From Bacteroidota bacterium (GTDB lineage Bacteria > Bacteroidota > Ignavibacteria > UBA10030 > BY39), in the NCBI GenBank assembly GCA_030682385.1, contig JAUXOG010000075.1, positions 1,825-65,824 on the forward strand: a stretch of DNA of 64,000 nt, read 5' to 3'. A program made the position numbers and the translations under genes. This document shows, one piece after another, positions 18,932-29,166 of this stretch (position 1 is the first letter of the stretch; every line of letters starts with the position of its first letter). The notes beneath the pieces were generated by a model, which was not told where the DNA came from, ran no database searches, and was given only the letters and a program-made list of their open reading frames with translations.

Positions 18932-21900
18932 ATGACGGACGATTACATCCCCAAATCTTCAGATGAATGGAAATCTTGGCTTGCTGAGCAAGAGAAGATA
19001 AACATTGAAGTTTATCTCAAGCAGCCACAACGTATTATTCAAGATTACAACACTGAAAAAGAAACCACACGAGATTATATCGGTCGTGAAATATTCGAAT
19101 TATTACAGAATGCAAACGATGCAGCTGCTGAAGTAGATCAACGCGGAAAGGTCCTCATTGAACTTACGAATGATCTTCTTATAGTTGCCAATAGTGGTGA
19201 ACCATTTTCAATTGGTGGTGTTAATTCACTTCTCTTTAGCCATATTAGTCCTAAGAAGAAGCGTAAGAATCTTATAGGTCAAAAAGGCTTAGGTTTTCGT
19301 TCAGTTCTTAATTGGTGCCAACAACCGACTATCTTTAGTGGCCATCTTAACCTTGCATATCAAGAATCAAAACGTAAAATACTTTTTGATAAACTTATAT
19401 CCAAAAAAGAAGAAATCGCTACACTTATCAAGAGAGAACGAGAATATCCGGATGAAGTCATAATTCCCACTTTACCATTCCCATGTTTTATCGACGCTTC
19501 TTCAGTAATTAGCGATCAATTGTTTAACAAATTATTCAAAATACGAAATCAGAACTACGATACCGTTATAGGCATACCATTTGACAAACCGGAATACTAT
19601 ACGGAAGCAAAGAAACAGTTGGTGTCTCTAGATTCTGCTATCATGCTATTTGCAGGGTCACTTGATGAAATACTGATTCGAATAGACGATGAAATTTATA
19701 GTCATTGGATGGTGGAAGAACGCGACAAACAGAAACAAACTGCGACTATAAAATGGCATGATTCACAGAAGATCCACTGGCAGATCTATGAACATAGTGG
19801 GGTGATCAATAACACGCAGAGCAGTATAAAGAGTGATTTGGGAAATGAATATACAATGATAATCGCGATTCCGAAAAATCAAAAAGTTGATTCTTCGACA
19901 CCTTTGTTCTCTTTTTTCCCTTTAGAACTGAAATTTCCATTTCCGGTTTTTTGCCATGTAACACTTGAATTGGAAGGTAATCGAAAACATCCACGCCCGA
20001 GTGCATCAAATATTGCTATTCTAAAAGAACTCACAAAGTTTTTTGCAGAAAAAGCAAGCCAACAAGATATTAGTGATGACCCATGGTCGAGAATACGTCT
20101 CCTTGCGAGGTCAAGTGAACTTGATAAATTCTTGGCAGACATTGATTTCGACAAAATCTTAATCGAGGAGGCAAGAAGACTTAACATCGTTCCAACGTTG
20201 GGTGGGATGCATCTCACTGCATCTAAAACTAAACAAATTAATGCCAAAAAGGTTCACTGGTTACCCCAAGAGCAATTTTCTAATATTGCCCTTTCACCTT
20301 CTTCAACGGAAATAACAAATTTTTATAATGCACTTGGTATTGAATTTATTTCAAATGGTGATCTAACTGAAAAATTAAACATGGTTGAGTTTCCAGATAT
20401 TGCTGCGCGGGCAACATTGATTGCGAATTTAATTAAACATAATTTGATTCCTGAAAATCCCGTTCCCCATCTCCTAATTGAGCAATCGGGCAGTAGGATA
20501 ACTGAAAATAGTCGCACCTTCTTACAATCTCGAGAGCAGAAAGTATTTGAGAGACCCGAATGGCTTAATATTCAATTTCTCCACGATGAGCTCAGGATAA
20601 AGCTGATGGAGCAGCTTGAGTTGACTGAAGTTCGTGAACTTCGTCAGAAATTATCTCCATTTGGTGTAAATGAATATTCACTAAGTTCTATAGCTTCTGC
20701 GCTTATCGCAGAGGCGAACAAAAGGATTACGTCTGAGCCTACTAAGAAAAAAGAAACTTACGATGATCTATTTATTACGTTGTTTTATCTCTATTCACAG
20801 CGTGGTGAAGCATCATTCCCTGAGGACATTGCCGTTCCGTTACGCACAAAAGCTGGTTCTTATGAAAGTGCAAAAACACTTTATTTCAGTGAGTCGTATA
20901 GTGTGAATGGTGATTGGCTCTCGGAATTGTACAAGTTGACACCAGATAAGTTGTTGGCTAATTTAAGCGATTTGGGTGTCGATGGTAACGATCTAAATTA
21001 TATTTCTTTTCTAAAGTGGATCGGTGTGGCAGATTTCCCACGAGAAATAATCCTTGATTCAGTTGAAAACTCTTACAAAAATTATGTTCTTGATTCATTA
21101 CCATATGAACCCGATGGAATAATTCTCGGTGAATATAAATATAAAAGAAGGGAGGATTTCAATGAGCCGGAAATTAGATCTATCAAGTCCTTTGATGGGA
21201 TTGAAAATTTCCCAAAGGCTGATCCGGCCGCAATAATAGTATGGTTAGCGTTAGATTCTCGTTGTAATCAATTGAGATCGAATCATCCATCTTTTGCATT
21301 GTTAACAGATCGTCCCTCAGGAGTCCGAAGATGGAATCGTAAAACTTATACTGGTCCAATACCTCACTATGCTAAATGGGGACTTGAAAGCTCATCGTGG
21401 TTAATAATAACCGATGGATCAAAAAGAAAACCATCTGAATGCATGATTGGGGAAAAGAGTCTTGAGAAAATATTTCCATCACCCGCAAGATTCAAGCATC
21501 CTTTATTTGATAAATATCTCCATGATCCTATTATGTTTCGAAGAGCATGGGAAAATGCTGGTGTTATTCCTGATGTAAATTATTTGTCGCGTAATCAAAT
21601 CAAAGATATATTAATCGCATTGCCTGAAAAGAACCCGAGCGGTGAATCCACAGGAACATTTTACAGAAACATTCTAGATGAAATCCGCACTGGAAATTTG
21701 GAGTGGGATGGACCAGATTATGATTTTATTTCAAATGGAAAAATGTGGGGAAAAGGTCCTGAAGGATTTAAATATTATCAAGTGAATGAACTACATCATA
21801 CAGATTCGCAGCAATTCCCAGAAATACTGACTTCAAAATTAAAAATGGTTGACCTACCAAAACGTTATCGCAATACAGAGATTAAGCATGCGTTCGGAAT

Positions 21901-23119
21901 AGAGCCATTGGATTCGACAAAACTCAAGTTTACTGATATCCAATTCGAAAAAAGGCCGGAAAGTGATAGCCTTCAATCACAATTTAATCAGATTAAACAT
22001 TTACTTCTAGCTTTACGTCCACCCAAATCAAGGAAGTCAAGTGAAGTTTCTAATTTTCGTGCGATCGAGTTAGTAACATGTGCTAAAATCGAGGTTGGGA
22101 TAGCGTATGAGTTGATATCTATCAAGACAGAATTTATAGAAGCTTTTAAATGGATCATCAAAGATGGGAAAGCGTTCATTTTAGTCCCAGATACACAGAA
22201 TGCTTCATTCCGTTCAGCAGTATGTTCGCGGAGTGTCGGACAAATAGTAGCCAGTGTTTTCAATTTGGAGAATCCTACTGAGTTTGCTTCCATCATTCAA
22301 GCTGATGAAGCCGATAGACATGAATTACTCAAACAAATGTTGGGTGAAGAAGTATTGCCGGATTTAGACAAGCTTAAACAAGAATTAAAAACGGATGAAG
22401 CACCCCTTCCTCCAATTATTATTCCACCCTTAGAAAATGGTAATCACACTTCTACACCATCAGGAGGTGCAAAACCACCAATTGGATTCCCTCCAACAAC
22501 CGTTACGCCAGCTACTCCTGAACCGCCGGTTCCAATATCTACAGATACTGTAAAGATATCTCCCGAAGAACATGAACCATCCCCACCGAAGAAACCAAAA
22601 GAAGTTGTGAGGAAAAAGGAAAGCGTTCCAACATTTGGCGGAGGAGAGACAAAAAGAGTTACTAATTGGAAGCGTTGCGAAGAACTTGCTGTTGTATTTG
22701 AAGAATCAGAGATTCGTTTTCCCATTAAGGTATCAGATATCGTTGGCTACAAGGGTCCAAAGTGCGATGTGCTTAGTTTTTCTTCAGCTGAACAACGGAT
22801 CATATTCCAACAGCTATCTTCTGATGAAAAAAATATCAACGATGTCGAGCGGTTTATAGAAGTGAAAGGTAGTGTTAATGAAAAAGGTGCAATAGATTTG
22901 AAGGGTAATGAGTTGACTGCCGCCAAGATATACAGTAATAAGTATTTTTTATATCGCATGTACGAGAAAACACAAAATGAATACTATGTTCTCATTGTCG
23001 TCAATCCACTAAACCAAAAAGAAGCACTCGAAGAGATTTGGGAAATCATCCCAGATAGAGCGAAAGATGCAACGAGGTTTCACATCGAAATTGGAATTCA
23101 GGAGATGAAGAACCCATGA
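18932..23119 (+). CDS. Giant (1395 aa) sacsin/MORC-like GHKL ATPase with Pro-rich linker and C-terminal DUF3883 (PD-(D/E)xK-like) domain. Candidate defense protein.
   Basis: N-terminal motifs: [11 protein letters not shown] (GHKL N-box) and [11 protein letters not shown] (G-box). Pro-rich segment PLPPIIIPP...[16 protein letters not shown]-terminal segment: GPKCDVLSF...IEVKGS...YVLIVV (D...E.K) in a region matching DUF3883. No signal peptide. Confidence 0.55.
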   Translation: MTDDYIPKSSDEWKSWLAEQEKINIEVYLKQPQRIIQDYNTEKETTRDYIGREIFELLQNANDAAAEVDQRGKVLIELTNDLLIVANSGEPFSIGGVNSLLFSHISPKKKRKNLIGQKGLGFRSVLNWCQQPTIFSGHLNLAYQESKRKILFDKLISKKEEIATLIKREREYPDEVIIPTLPFPCFIDASSVISDQLFNKLFKIRNQNYDTVIGIPFDKPEYYTEAKKQLVSLDSAIMLFAGSLDEILIRIDDEIYSHWMVEERDKQKQTATIKWHDSQKIHWQIYEHSGVINNTQSSIKSDLGNEYTMIIAIPKNQKVDSSTPLFSFFPLELKFPFPVFCHVTLELEGNRKHPRPSASNIAILKELTKFFAEKASQQDISDDPWSRIRLLARSSELDKFLADIDFDKILIEEARRLNIVPTLGGMHLTASKTKQINAKKVHWLPQEQFSNIALSPSSTEITNFYNALGIEFISNGDLTEKLNMVEFPDIAARATLIANLIKHNLIPENPVPHLLIEQSGSRITENSRTFLQSREQKVFERPEWLNIQFLHDELRIKLMEQLELTEVRELRQKLSPFGVNEYSLSSIASALIAEANKRITSEPTKKKETYDDLFITLFYLYSQRGEASFPEDIAVPLRTKAGSYESAKTLYFSESYSVNGDWLSELYKLTPDKLLANLSDLGVDGNDLNYISFLKWIGVADFPREIILDSVENSYKNYVLDSLPYEPDGIILGEYKYKRREDFNEPEIRSIKSFDGIENFPKADPAAIIVWLALDSRCNQLRSNHPSFALLTDRPSGVRRWNRKTYTGPIPHYAKWGLESSSWLIITDGSKRKPSECMIGEKSLEKIFPSPARFKHPLFDKYLHDPIMFRRAWENAGVIPDVNYLSRNQIKDILIALPEKNPSGESTGTFYRNILDEIRTGNLEWDGPDYDFISNGKMWGKGPEGFKYYQVNELHHTDSQQFPEILTSKLKMVDLPKRYRNTEIKHAFGIEPLDSTKLKFTDIQFEKRPESDSLQSQFNQIKHLLLALRPPKSRKSSEVSNFRAIELVTCAKIEVGIAYELISIKTEFIEAFKWIIKDGKAFILVPDTQNASFRSAVCSRSVGQIVASVFNLENPTEFASIIQADEADRHELLKQMLGEEVLPDLDKLKQELKTDEAPLPPIIIPPLENGNHTSTPSGGAKPPIGFPPTTVTPATPEPPVPISTDTVKISPEEHEPSPPKKPKEVVRKKESVPTFGGGETKRVTNWKRCEELAVVFEESEIRFPIKVSDIVGYKGPKCDVLSFSSAEQRIIFQQLSSDEKNINDVERFIEVKGSVNEKGAIDLKGNELTAAKIYSNKYFLYRMYEKTQNEYYVLIVVNPLNQKEALEEIWEIIPDRAKDATRFHIEIGIQEMKNP

Positions 23120-23397
23120 CATACGATTACACAGAAGATAAACTCGTTCAAGAAATCACAGTCATAAAATACGATTTACCTGAAAACAGTTATGTAACCT
23201 TGAAAATATATGATGTTTTGGGCAGAGAGGTTGTTAGGTTGGTTGATGGATTCCAAGAAGCTGGTTATAAATCTATAGAATTTGATGCTCTAAATTTGAC
23301 TAGCGGTGTTTATTTTTATAAACTTGTGGTGAGTTCATCGAACCCATTGAATGCAAATAATTATACTTCAATCAAGAAAATGTTATTAATTCGATAA
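23116..23397 (+). CDS. Orphan T9SS (Por) C-terminal sorting domain ORF (93 aa). Its ATG overlaps the stop of the giant gene (ATGA).
   Basis: Segment ...[20 protein letters not shown]...[12 protein letters not shown]...SIKKMLLIR aligns with the C-terminal domains of the two BNR proteins in this window. It lacks the upstream NPFNP and any cargo domain. Confidence 0.5.
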   Translation: MTYDYTEDKLVQEITVIKYDLPENSYVTLKIYDVLGREVVRLVDGFQEAGYKSIEFDALNLTSGVYFYKLVVSSSNPLNANNYTSIKKMLLIR

Positions 23398-23572
23398 ATT
23401 CAAATTTTATATATTGTAACATAAGGAAAATTAATCGACAGTCGAATAACCAACATCGAATAACGAATCCGCCTGCGTTCCAGAAAACGGAACTTCCGCT
23501 TACACTTCGTTTCAGCGGACAAGTCGGCGGACAGGTATCGAACATCCAATAAATTAATCACAGGAGATCTAA

Positions 23573-25567
23573 ATGGAACCAACAACACGTAGTTTACCGC
23601 CGAATGCCTACAAGGAATTAAAACCGGGTGAGAAATATATTCCCGTAGTTCCGGCAGGGACAATCATTCCCGAAGTTACCCCCTGGTCTTTAACTTGGGG
23701 TTTAATTATGGCTGCTGTATTTTCAGCCGCCGCCGCTTATTTAGGATTAAAGATCGGACAAGTTTTTGAAGCGGCTATTCCAATTGCAATCATAGCAGTC
23801 GGTTTAACAGCAATAACAAAACGTAAAAATGCTTTATCCGAGAATGTTATTATTCAATCTATCGGCGCTGCGTCGGGTGTCGTGGTAGCGGGCGCTATTT
23901 TTACAATCCCCGCACTTTACATTCTTCACGGTGAAGGAACGATAGATATAATACCAACTTTCTGGCAAATCTTTTTTGCCTCTCTCTTTGGGGGATTTCT
24001 TGGTATTCTATTTCTAATTCCATTCAGAAAATATTTTGTTCAAGAAATGCACGGACAATTTCCATTCCCCGAGGCAACTGCCACTACTGAAATTTTAGTA
24101 GCGGGTGAAAAGGGCGGACAGCAGGCAAAAGTTCTTGTCTCGGCTGCAATCATCGGCGGCTTGTACGATTTTGCGATTCAAACGTTCGGAGCGTGGAAGG
24201 AAGTCTTCAACTCCAAAATATTGCCGGTCTTCGATAAAATGTCGGATGTCTATAAACTTGAAGGTAAATTAAATGTCGGTGCTGCGGTTTTAGGACTTGG
24301 CTATATAGTCGGTTTGAAGTATGCTTCAATAATTGCAGCGGGTTCTTTCCTATCATGGTTTTTGCTAATTCCTGTTTTTTCTTATGTAGGTAGCGATTTA
24401 ACAGTAACTATAGGTTCAACGGCTACTAAATTAATTGGCCAGATGTCTGCCGATGAAATATTCCGAGCGTATGTCAGGCATATTGGAATAGGCGGTATCG
24501 CTATGGCAGGTATGATAGGCATTTATAAATCTCGTAAAATAATCGGCGGGGCATTCAAACTTGCATTCGAAGAAATTTTCAGAAAGAAACATATCGCCGA
24601 GCGAACAATAGTCCGTACCGAAAAAGAACTTTCGATGGGATTAGTTGTAGGTTTAATCGCAGTGCTCGCAGTATTCATATTTATTTTCTTCGCTGTTGCT
24701 GTTGTCGATACTGTGTGGTTCGCAATCACAGCATTACTAATTGTTTTGATAGTCTCTTTTCTCTTTACTACGGTTGCAGCACGAGCAATAGCTATCGTCG
24801 GAACAAACCCGGTTTCGGGAATGACGCTGATGACTTTGATTTTGTCTTCATTCATACTCGTGTCGATTGGATTAAAAGGGAGCGCGGGAATGGTTTCTGC
24901 GTTAATCATCGGCGGTGTGGTTTGCACGGCTCTCTCGATGGCTGGCGGTTTTATCACTGATTTAAAAATTGGTTATTGGCTGGGAACTACACCAATCAAG
25001 CAGCAGTCGTATAAATTTTTAGGGACAATCGTTGCAGCCGCAACTGTCGGTTTGGTAATTATGCTGCTGAACGAAACTTACGGCTTCGTCGGCGAAGGTG
25101 CGCTCGTTGCACCACAGGCAAATGCTATGGCGGCAGTAATCAAACCGTTGATGTCCGAAATGCCGGCGCCTTGGGCATTGTATATTGCGGGCGCTTTAGT
25201 AGCTCTTACTTTACAAATGATAAACGTACCGCCGCTTGCTTTTGCACTCGGCATGTACATTCCTCTCGAACTTAATACACCAATTTTGCTTGGTGGACTT
25301 ATTGCGCACATCGTTTCTACTCGAACGAAAGATGAGCCGCTAAACAACGCACGCCGTGAACGCGGAACTTTGATTGCCTCTGGCTTCATCGCAGGCGGTG
25401 CTATTATGGGTGTAGTGAGTGCAACGTTGAAATATTTCAACTTCAATTACGAAAACTTTGGTTGGCACTGGGGCGAGTCATTCGGCGGCGAATTGTTAGC
25501 AGTATTTATGTTCCTCGGTATCGCCGCCTATTTCATCTGGGATTCAAAACGCGCGAAGCCTGAATAG
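23573..25567 (+). CDS. OPT-family oligopeptide transporter
   Basis: 664 aa, polytopic. Segment MEPTTRSLPPNAYKELKPGEKYIPVVPAG...TPWSLTWGLIMAAVFSAAAAYLGLKIGQ is typical of OPT family N-termini. Confidence 0.75.
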   Translation: MEPTTRSLPPNAYKELKPGEKYIPVVPAGTIIPEVTPWSLTWGLIMAAVFSAAAAYLGLKIGQVFEAAIPIAIIAVGLTAITKRKNALSENVIIQSIGAASGVVVAGAIFTIPALYILHGEGTIDIIPTFWQIFFASLFGGFLGILFLIPFRKYFVQEMHGQFPFPEATATTEILVAGEKGGQQAKVLVSAAIIGGLYDFAIQTFGAWKEVFNSKILPVFDKMSDVYKLEGKLNVGAAVLGLGYIVGLKYASIIAAGSFLSWFLLIPVFSYVGSDLTVTIGSTATKLIGQMSADEIFRAYVRHIGIGGIAMAGMIGIYKSRKIIGGAFKLAFEEIFRKKHIAERTIVRTEKELSMGLVVGLIAVLAVFIFIFFAVAVVDTVWFAITALLIVLIVSFLFTTVAARAIAIVGTNPVSGMTLMTLILSSFILVSIGLKGSAGMVSALIIGGVVCTALSMAGGFITDLKIGYWLGTTPIKQQSYKFLGTIVAAATVGLVIMLLNETYGFVGEGALVAPQANAMAAVIKPLMSEMPAPWALYIAGALVALTLQMINVPPLAFALGMYIPLELNTPILLGGLIAHIVSTRTKDEPLNNARRERGTLIASGFIAGGAIMGVVSATLKYFNFNYENFGWHWGESFGGELLAVFMFLGIAAYFIWDSKRAKPE

Positions 25568-25590
25568 TTTCACAATTTCACGTGATAATG

Positions 25591-25624
25591 GAAATCCCGA
25601 AAGTCTAACTTTCGGGATTTTTTG
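25591..25624. terminator. Bidirectional rho-independent terminator between convergent genes
   Basis: Hairpin gaaatcccgaaag-tctaa-ctttcgggattt followed by a T run. Confidence 0.6.
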
Positions 25625-25625
25625 T

Positions 25626-26813
25626 TTATACCACCCAAATCTTCTTCTGCGGTTTGGATAAAAACTTACAACCATCTTTTGTAACCACCACTATCTCTTC
25701 TACCGTAGCGATTCCATAACCTTCGACCGTGAGTCGTGGCTCGATAGTGTAAACTTGTCCTTCTTCAATTTTTTCGTAAGGCAGATTTCCGTATCGTTCC
25801 CAACGCGGGAAAAGTCCCCCGCCGCCGTCGTGCGCAACGCGCCCGATCTGATGACCAAGTCCGTGGGGATATTCAGCGTAACCGCTGGATGTAATATGAT
25901 TGCGTGCAGCATCGTCAACTTCACAGCCCTGAACACCGGGTTTTAGTTTTTTTGCAGCGAGCTGTATCGCTTCTATAATCGTATTAAAGCCCCGAACAAC
26001 TTCGATTGGAGGAATTTTTTCACCTTTTCTTTTTATATACCAGGTGCGTTGTAAATCTGAACAGTATCCATTTTTCTTAACTCCAAAATCTATATTCAAA
26101 ATATGCCCGCCTTCAATTTTCCGGTTTGTCGGTCCTGCGTGTGCGCCAGCCGATTCAGGTCCCGTAAAAACTGCCGGACAGTGTTCTTTATCCCACGCCG
26201 GTTCGAGTCCTGATTTTTTCACTTCCTTCAAAATGAATTTAGCAACATCTTGTTCGGATTTTCCGGGTTTAATAAACTGAGAAACTTTATCGAATATTTC
26301 CAATGTAACATCAATCGAATCTTTTATCAGTTTTAATTCTGTTCCCGATTTTCTTCCTCTCAATGCCGAGATAATCGGTTCGGCTGAAATTATTCTTTCT
26401 ATAAATTGTGTCCCCTCTAAATAACTCATAAATTGCAGCCACATTCCGTGTGTGAGTCCATCCGATGTTACGGTATTTGTTGAATAATTCAAAGCTATAG
26501 TTTTAGGATTTATTCTATTCAATACTTCCAATAAAGTATCCTTTATCGATTGAACGTATCCGATAATCTCTTTGTAATGCCCATGAGTTTTAAGGTTTGC
26601 AATATCCAAACTTCCGGCAATCGCGATTGTTTCGCCTTTCGCTGTTATGATGTAGGCAGTTTGCCAAGTGCAATTTGTTCCGATAGTTACATCTATAACA
26701 GGGTCGGGTATTGTGGCGCTTTCGCGGACAAAGGTCGTCCACATATCAATTTTCTTTTCTTTTAAAATCTCAATTGCCTGTTGAATTTTTTCTCGTACCA
26801 TATTTATCTCCAT
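25626..26813 (-). CDS. M24-family metallopeptidase (Xaa-Pro aminopeptidase/prolidase-like)
   Basis: Pita-bread fold motifs: ...HGLGHQIG..., DGGGGLFPR, and an N-terminal creatinase-like domain. Confidence 0.75.
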   Translation of the reverse strand: MEINMVREKIQQAIEILKEKKIDMWTTFVRESATIPDPVIDVTIGTNCTWQTAYIITAKGETIAIAGSLDIANLKTHGHYKEIIGYVQSIKDTLLEVLNRINPKTIALNYSTNTVTSDGLTHGMWLQFMSYLEGTQFIERIISAEPIISALRGRKSGTELKLIKDSIDVTLEIFDKVSQFIKPGKSEQDVAKFILKEVKKSGLEPAWDKEHCPAVFTGPESAGAHAGPTNRKIEGGHILNIDFGVKKNGYCSDLQRTWYIKRKGEKIPPIEVVRGFNTIIEAIQLAAKKLKPGVQGCEVDDAARNHITSSGYAEYPHGLGHQIGRVAHDGGGGLFPRWERYGNLPYEKIEEGQVYTIEPRLTVEGYGIATVEEIVVVTKDGCKFLSKPQKKIWVV

Positions 26814-26924
26814 TATATTTTGTAAAAATTTACTTAAGTCGTACGACTAAAGCAAGTTGACTTTAGTAAATAATCTTTTTATCATTGCACAACGGTTTTT
26901 AGTTCTAATAAATTAAGAGAAATT

Positions 26925-28004
26925 ATGAACCTACATAAATATGTGGTAATACTAACGATTGTTCTTATTAGCGTTTCAGCTTCGCTATCGCTTCCGAGAT
27001 TTTCGGCACGAACAGGGATCAGTTGTCAGGGATGTCATATCAATCCGTCGGGCGGCGGTATGCGAAATTATTACGGTACTGTATTTTACGGCAGGCAAAC
27101 TCTTCCGGTAAAAAAATGGTTCGATAGTTTTGAAATTTCCAATTTTACATCTAAAATCAATGAATTTGTAAGCATTGGTGCCGATTTCAGAACTCTTTTT
27201 TATTATGTCGAAAAAACACGGAGCAGTTCTTTTTATCAGATGCAAGGGGATATTTACGCAAATCTAAAAATTGCCGAAGGTGTTTCGATGTATATCGATA
27301 AAGGTTTGTATAAGGGATTTGAGATTTTCGGGTTAATGAATATTTTGCCGGAAAATGGTTACATAAAAGTCGGACGATTCACCCCCGTCTTTGGAACTAA
27401 GACCGATGACCACACAAATTTTATACGCGCGAAAACAGTTTTTCAAAACAACCGAGCCGAAGATTCAGGGATTGAAGCAGCTACCGCCCCCGGGAATTTC
27501 GCCGTTACAGTTGGGTTATTCAACGGAGCAAGCAGTGGCGATTTATCGGATAGCAAAATTCGCCTATTGACCGGTAATGCTGATGCGAGATTTAAAATTG
27601 AGGAGATAAATTTTTCGATTGGTAGCTCGTTGTGGTTTAATAGTTTGAGTTCGGGAATAATGAGAATGTTTGGCGGCTACGGTTCGATTAATTACATAAA
27701 TATTACTGTTAACGGAGAAATAGATTTAAAGCAAGATAAATCAATTTTAGGATTAGGAACAAAAGAATTAATTTCATTGGTCGAGTTAAACTATTTGTTG
27801 TTCGATGGATTAGATTTGAAATTTATGTACGATTATTACGATTACGATATAAGATACAAAACCGGATTTGAGAGTCGCTATAGTTTCGGTTTCGAGTTTT
27901 TTCCGATTAGTGGAGTTGAAGTCAGACCCGTGTATCGATTATCTCAGGATAGGAACAAAAATAAAAATAATGAAATCAATTTTTTGATTCATTTCTATTT
28001 ATAA
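26925..28004 (+). CDS. Candidate Cyc2-like fused monoheme cytochrome c-porin outer-membrane protein
   Basis: Signal peptide, then a single CQGCH heme motif within about 15 residues. The rest is amphipathic beta-strand-like with alternating aromatics (porin-like). Confidence 0.4.
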   Translation: MNLHKYVVILTIVLISVSASLSLPRFSARTGISCQGCHINPSGGGMRNYYGTVFYGRQTLPVKKWFDSFEISNFTSKINEFVSIGADFRTLFYYVEKTRSSSFYQMQGDIYANLKIAEGVSMYIDKGLYKGFEIFGLMNILPENGYIKVGRFTPVFGTKTDDHTNFIRAKTVFQNNRAEDSGIEAATAPGNFAVTVGLFNGASSGDLSDSKIRLLTGNADARFKIEEINFSIGSSLWFNSLSSGIMRMFGGYGSINYINITVNGEIDLKQDKSILGLGTKELISLVELNYLLFDGLDLKFMYDYYDYDIRYKTGFESRYSFGFEFFPISGVEVRPVYRLSQDRNKNKNNEINFLIHFYL

Positions 28005-28024
28005 AATTTAAAAAGGAGAAAAAT

Positions 28025-28678
28025 ATGTTTACAAAAATAAAATTAATTAGTTTCCTAGCAATTTTGTCAGTTGGTTTTCTGTTTATCGGCGGATGCGAGG
28101 ATAAAGGTACCAATCCACCACCACATGGGCTTACTTTAAGCAGCACCAACGTAACATTAGCAGTAGGTGCCTCAACCAATATTACAGTGTCGGGTGGAAT
28201 TACACCTTACGACATACACAAAGACCCGGATACAACAATAGCGAAGGCAATTTTATCGGGTTCGACTTTAACAATCACAGGAGTTAGAGCAGGTCAAACA
28301 TCCGTATTAGTCCGCGACAAGCGTGAACCTGAGCGGGATACAGTGCGTGTTTATATAACTGTTACCGCAATAAGTCAGGTCTCTTTTTCCACCCAAATTC
28401 AACCGATATTCAACGCAAGTTGTACCGGTTGTCACGGAAGCTCTGGCGGGCTGAACCTTAGTGCCAGCGTCAGTCATGCAAACTTGGTAAATGTAAATGC
28501 CCAATCGAGTTGCACAACTCTTAAAAGGGTTTTGCCAACGAATGCGAGCCAAAGTGTGCTATATCTAAAAGTTGCCGGAACCGATTGTGGAAACCGTATG
28601 CCTCAGGGGGGCAGTTTACCAACTCAACAAATAAATTTGATAAACGATTGGATAACTCAAGGTGCCTTAAATAATTAA
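28025..28678 (+). CDS. Lipoprotein with Big_2-like domain and PSCyt1-like monoheme cytochrome c domain
   Basis: Lipobox ...FLFIGGC. Segment IQPIFNASCTGCHGSSGG, then CTTLKRV...DCGNRMPQGG. Confidence 0.45.
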   Translation: MFTKIKLISFLAILSVGFLFIGGCEDKGTNPPPHGLTLSSTNVTLAVGASTNITVSGGITPYDIHKDPDTTIAKAILSGSTLTITGVRAGQTSVLVRDKREPERDTVRVYITVTAISQVSFSTQIQPIFNASCTGCHGSSGGLNLSASVSHANLVNVNAQSSCTTLKRVLPTNASQSVLYLKVAGTDCGNRMPQGGSLPTQQINLINDWITQGALNN

Positions 28679-28750
28679 CTTGCGTTTAATATCTAATTTT
28701 TGTAACATTATTCGGTATTTATAAGGATAAAATCAATAACAGGAAGAAAT

Positions 28751-29092
28751 ATGCAAATTAAAGAGAACATGGTAGAAGATGTAGCAATAATTACATTGAA
28801 GGGCGACCTAATTGGCGAACCCGAAACAACAAAAATCCGCGAGAAAGTTCGCAGCTTAATTACCGATGATATTAAAAAAGTAGTTATCGATTTAGCTGAT
28901 GTTGCTTATATTAACAGCACCGGTTTGGGGAGCTTAATTTCGGTTTTAACAACACTTCGAAATGCCGGTGGCGACTTAAAACTTTCGCGTGTCGGGGAAA
29001 AGATAAAATCGATTTTTGTGATTACTCAGTTAATAAAAGTATTCGACACACACGAAACGGTTGAACGGTCCGTAGCGGCTTTCAAGAAATAG
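28751..29092 (+). CDS. STAS-domain anti-sigma factor antagonist (SpoIIAA-like)
   Basis: Segment VVIDLADVAYINSTGLGSLISVL. Confidence 0.8.
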   Translation: MQIKENMVEDVAIITLKGDLIGEPETTKIREKVRSLITDDIKKVVIDLADVAYINSTGLGSLISVLTTLRNAGGDLKLSRVGEKIKSIFVITQLIKVFDTHETVERSVAAFKK

Positions 29093-29100
29093 TAAAATTA

Positions 29101-29141
29101 CAGAATCGCTCAAGTTACACAGCTTGAGAGATTCTGTTTTT
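29101..29141 (+). terminator. Rho-independent terminator
   Basis: 13/14-bp stem cagaatcgctcaag / cttgagagattctg, loop ttacacag, then TTTTT. Confidence 0.65.
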
Positions 29142-29166
29142 AAACGAAAAAACAAAAGGAGGTTGT

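Noticed and set aside
23080-23130. Programmed -1 frameshift fusing the giant protein to the T9SS CTD
   Set aside because: There is no XXXYYYZ slippery heptamer before the TGA. A fusion would attach a secretion tag to a protein that lacks a signal peptide.
24523-25446. Minus-strand ORFs of 144 and 122 aa inside the OPT transporter gene
   Set aside because: They are antisense to a 664-aa membrane protein ORF. They are Ala/Thr/Ile-rich mirror artefacts.
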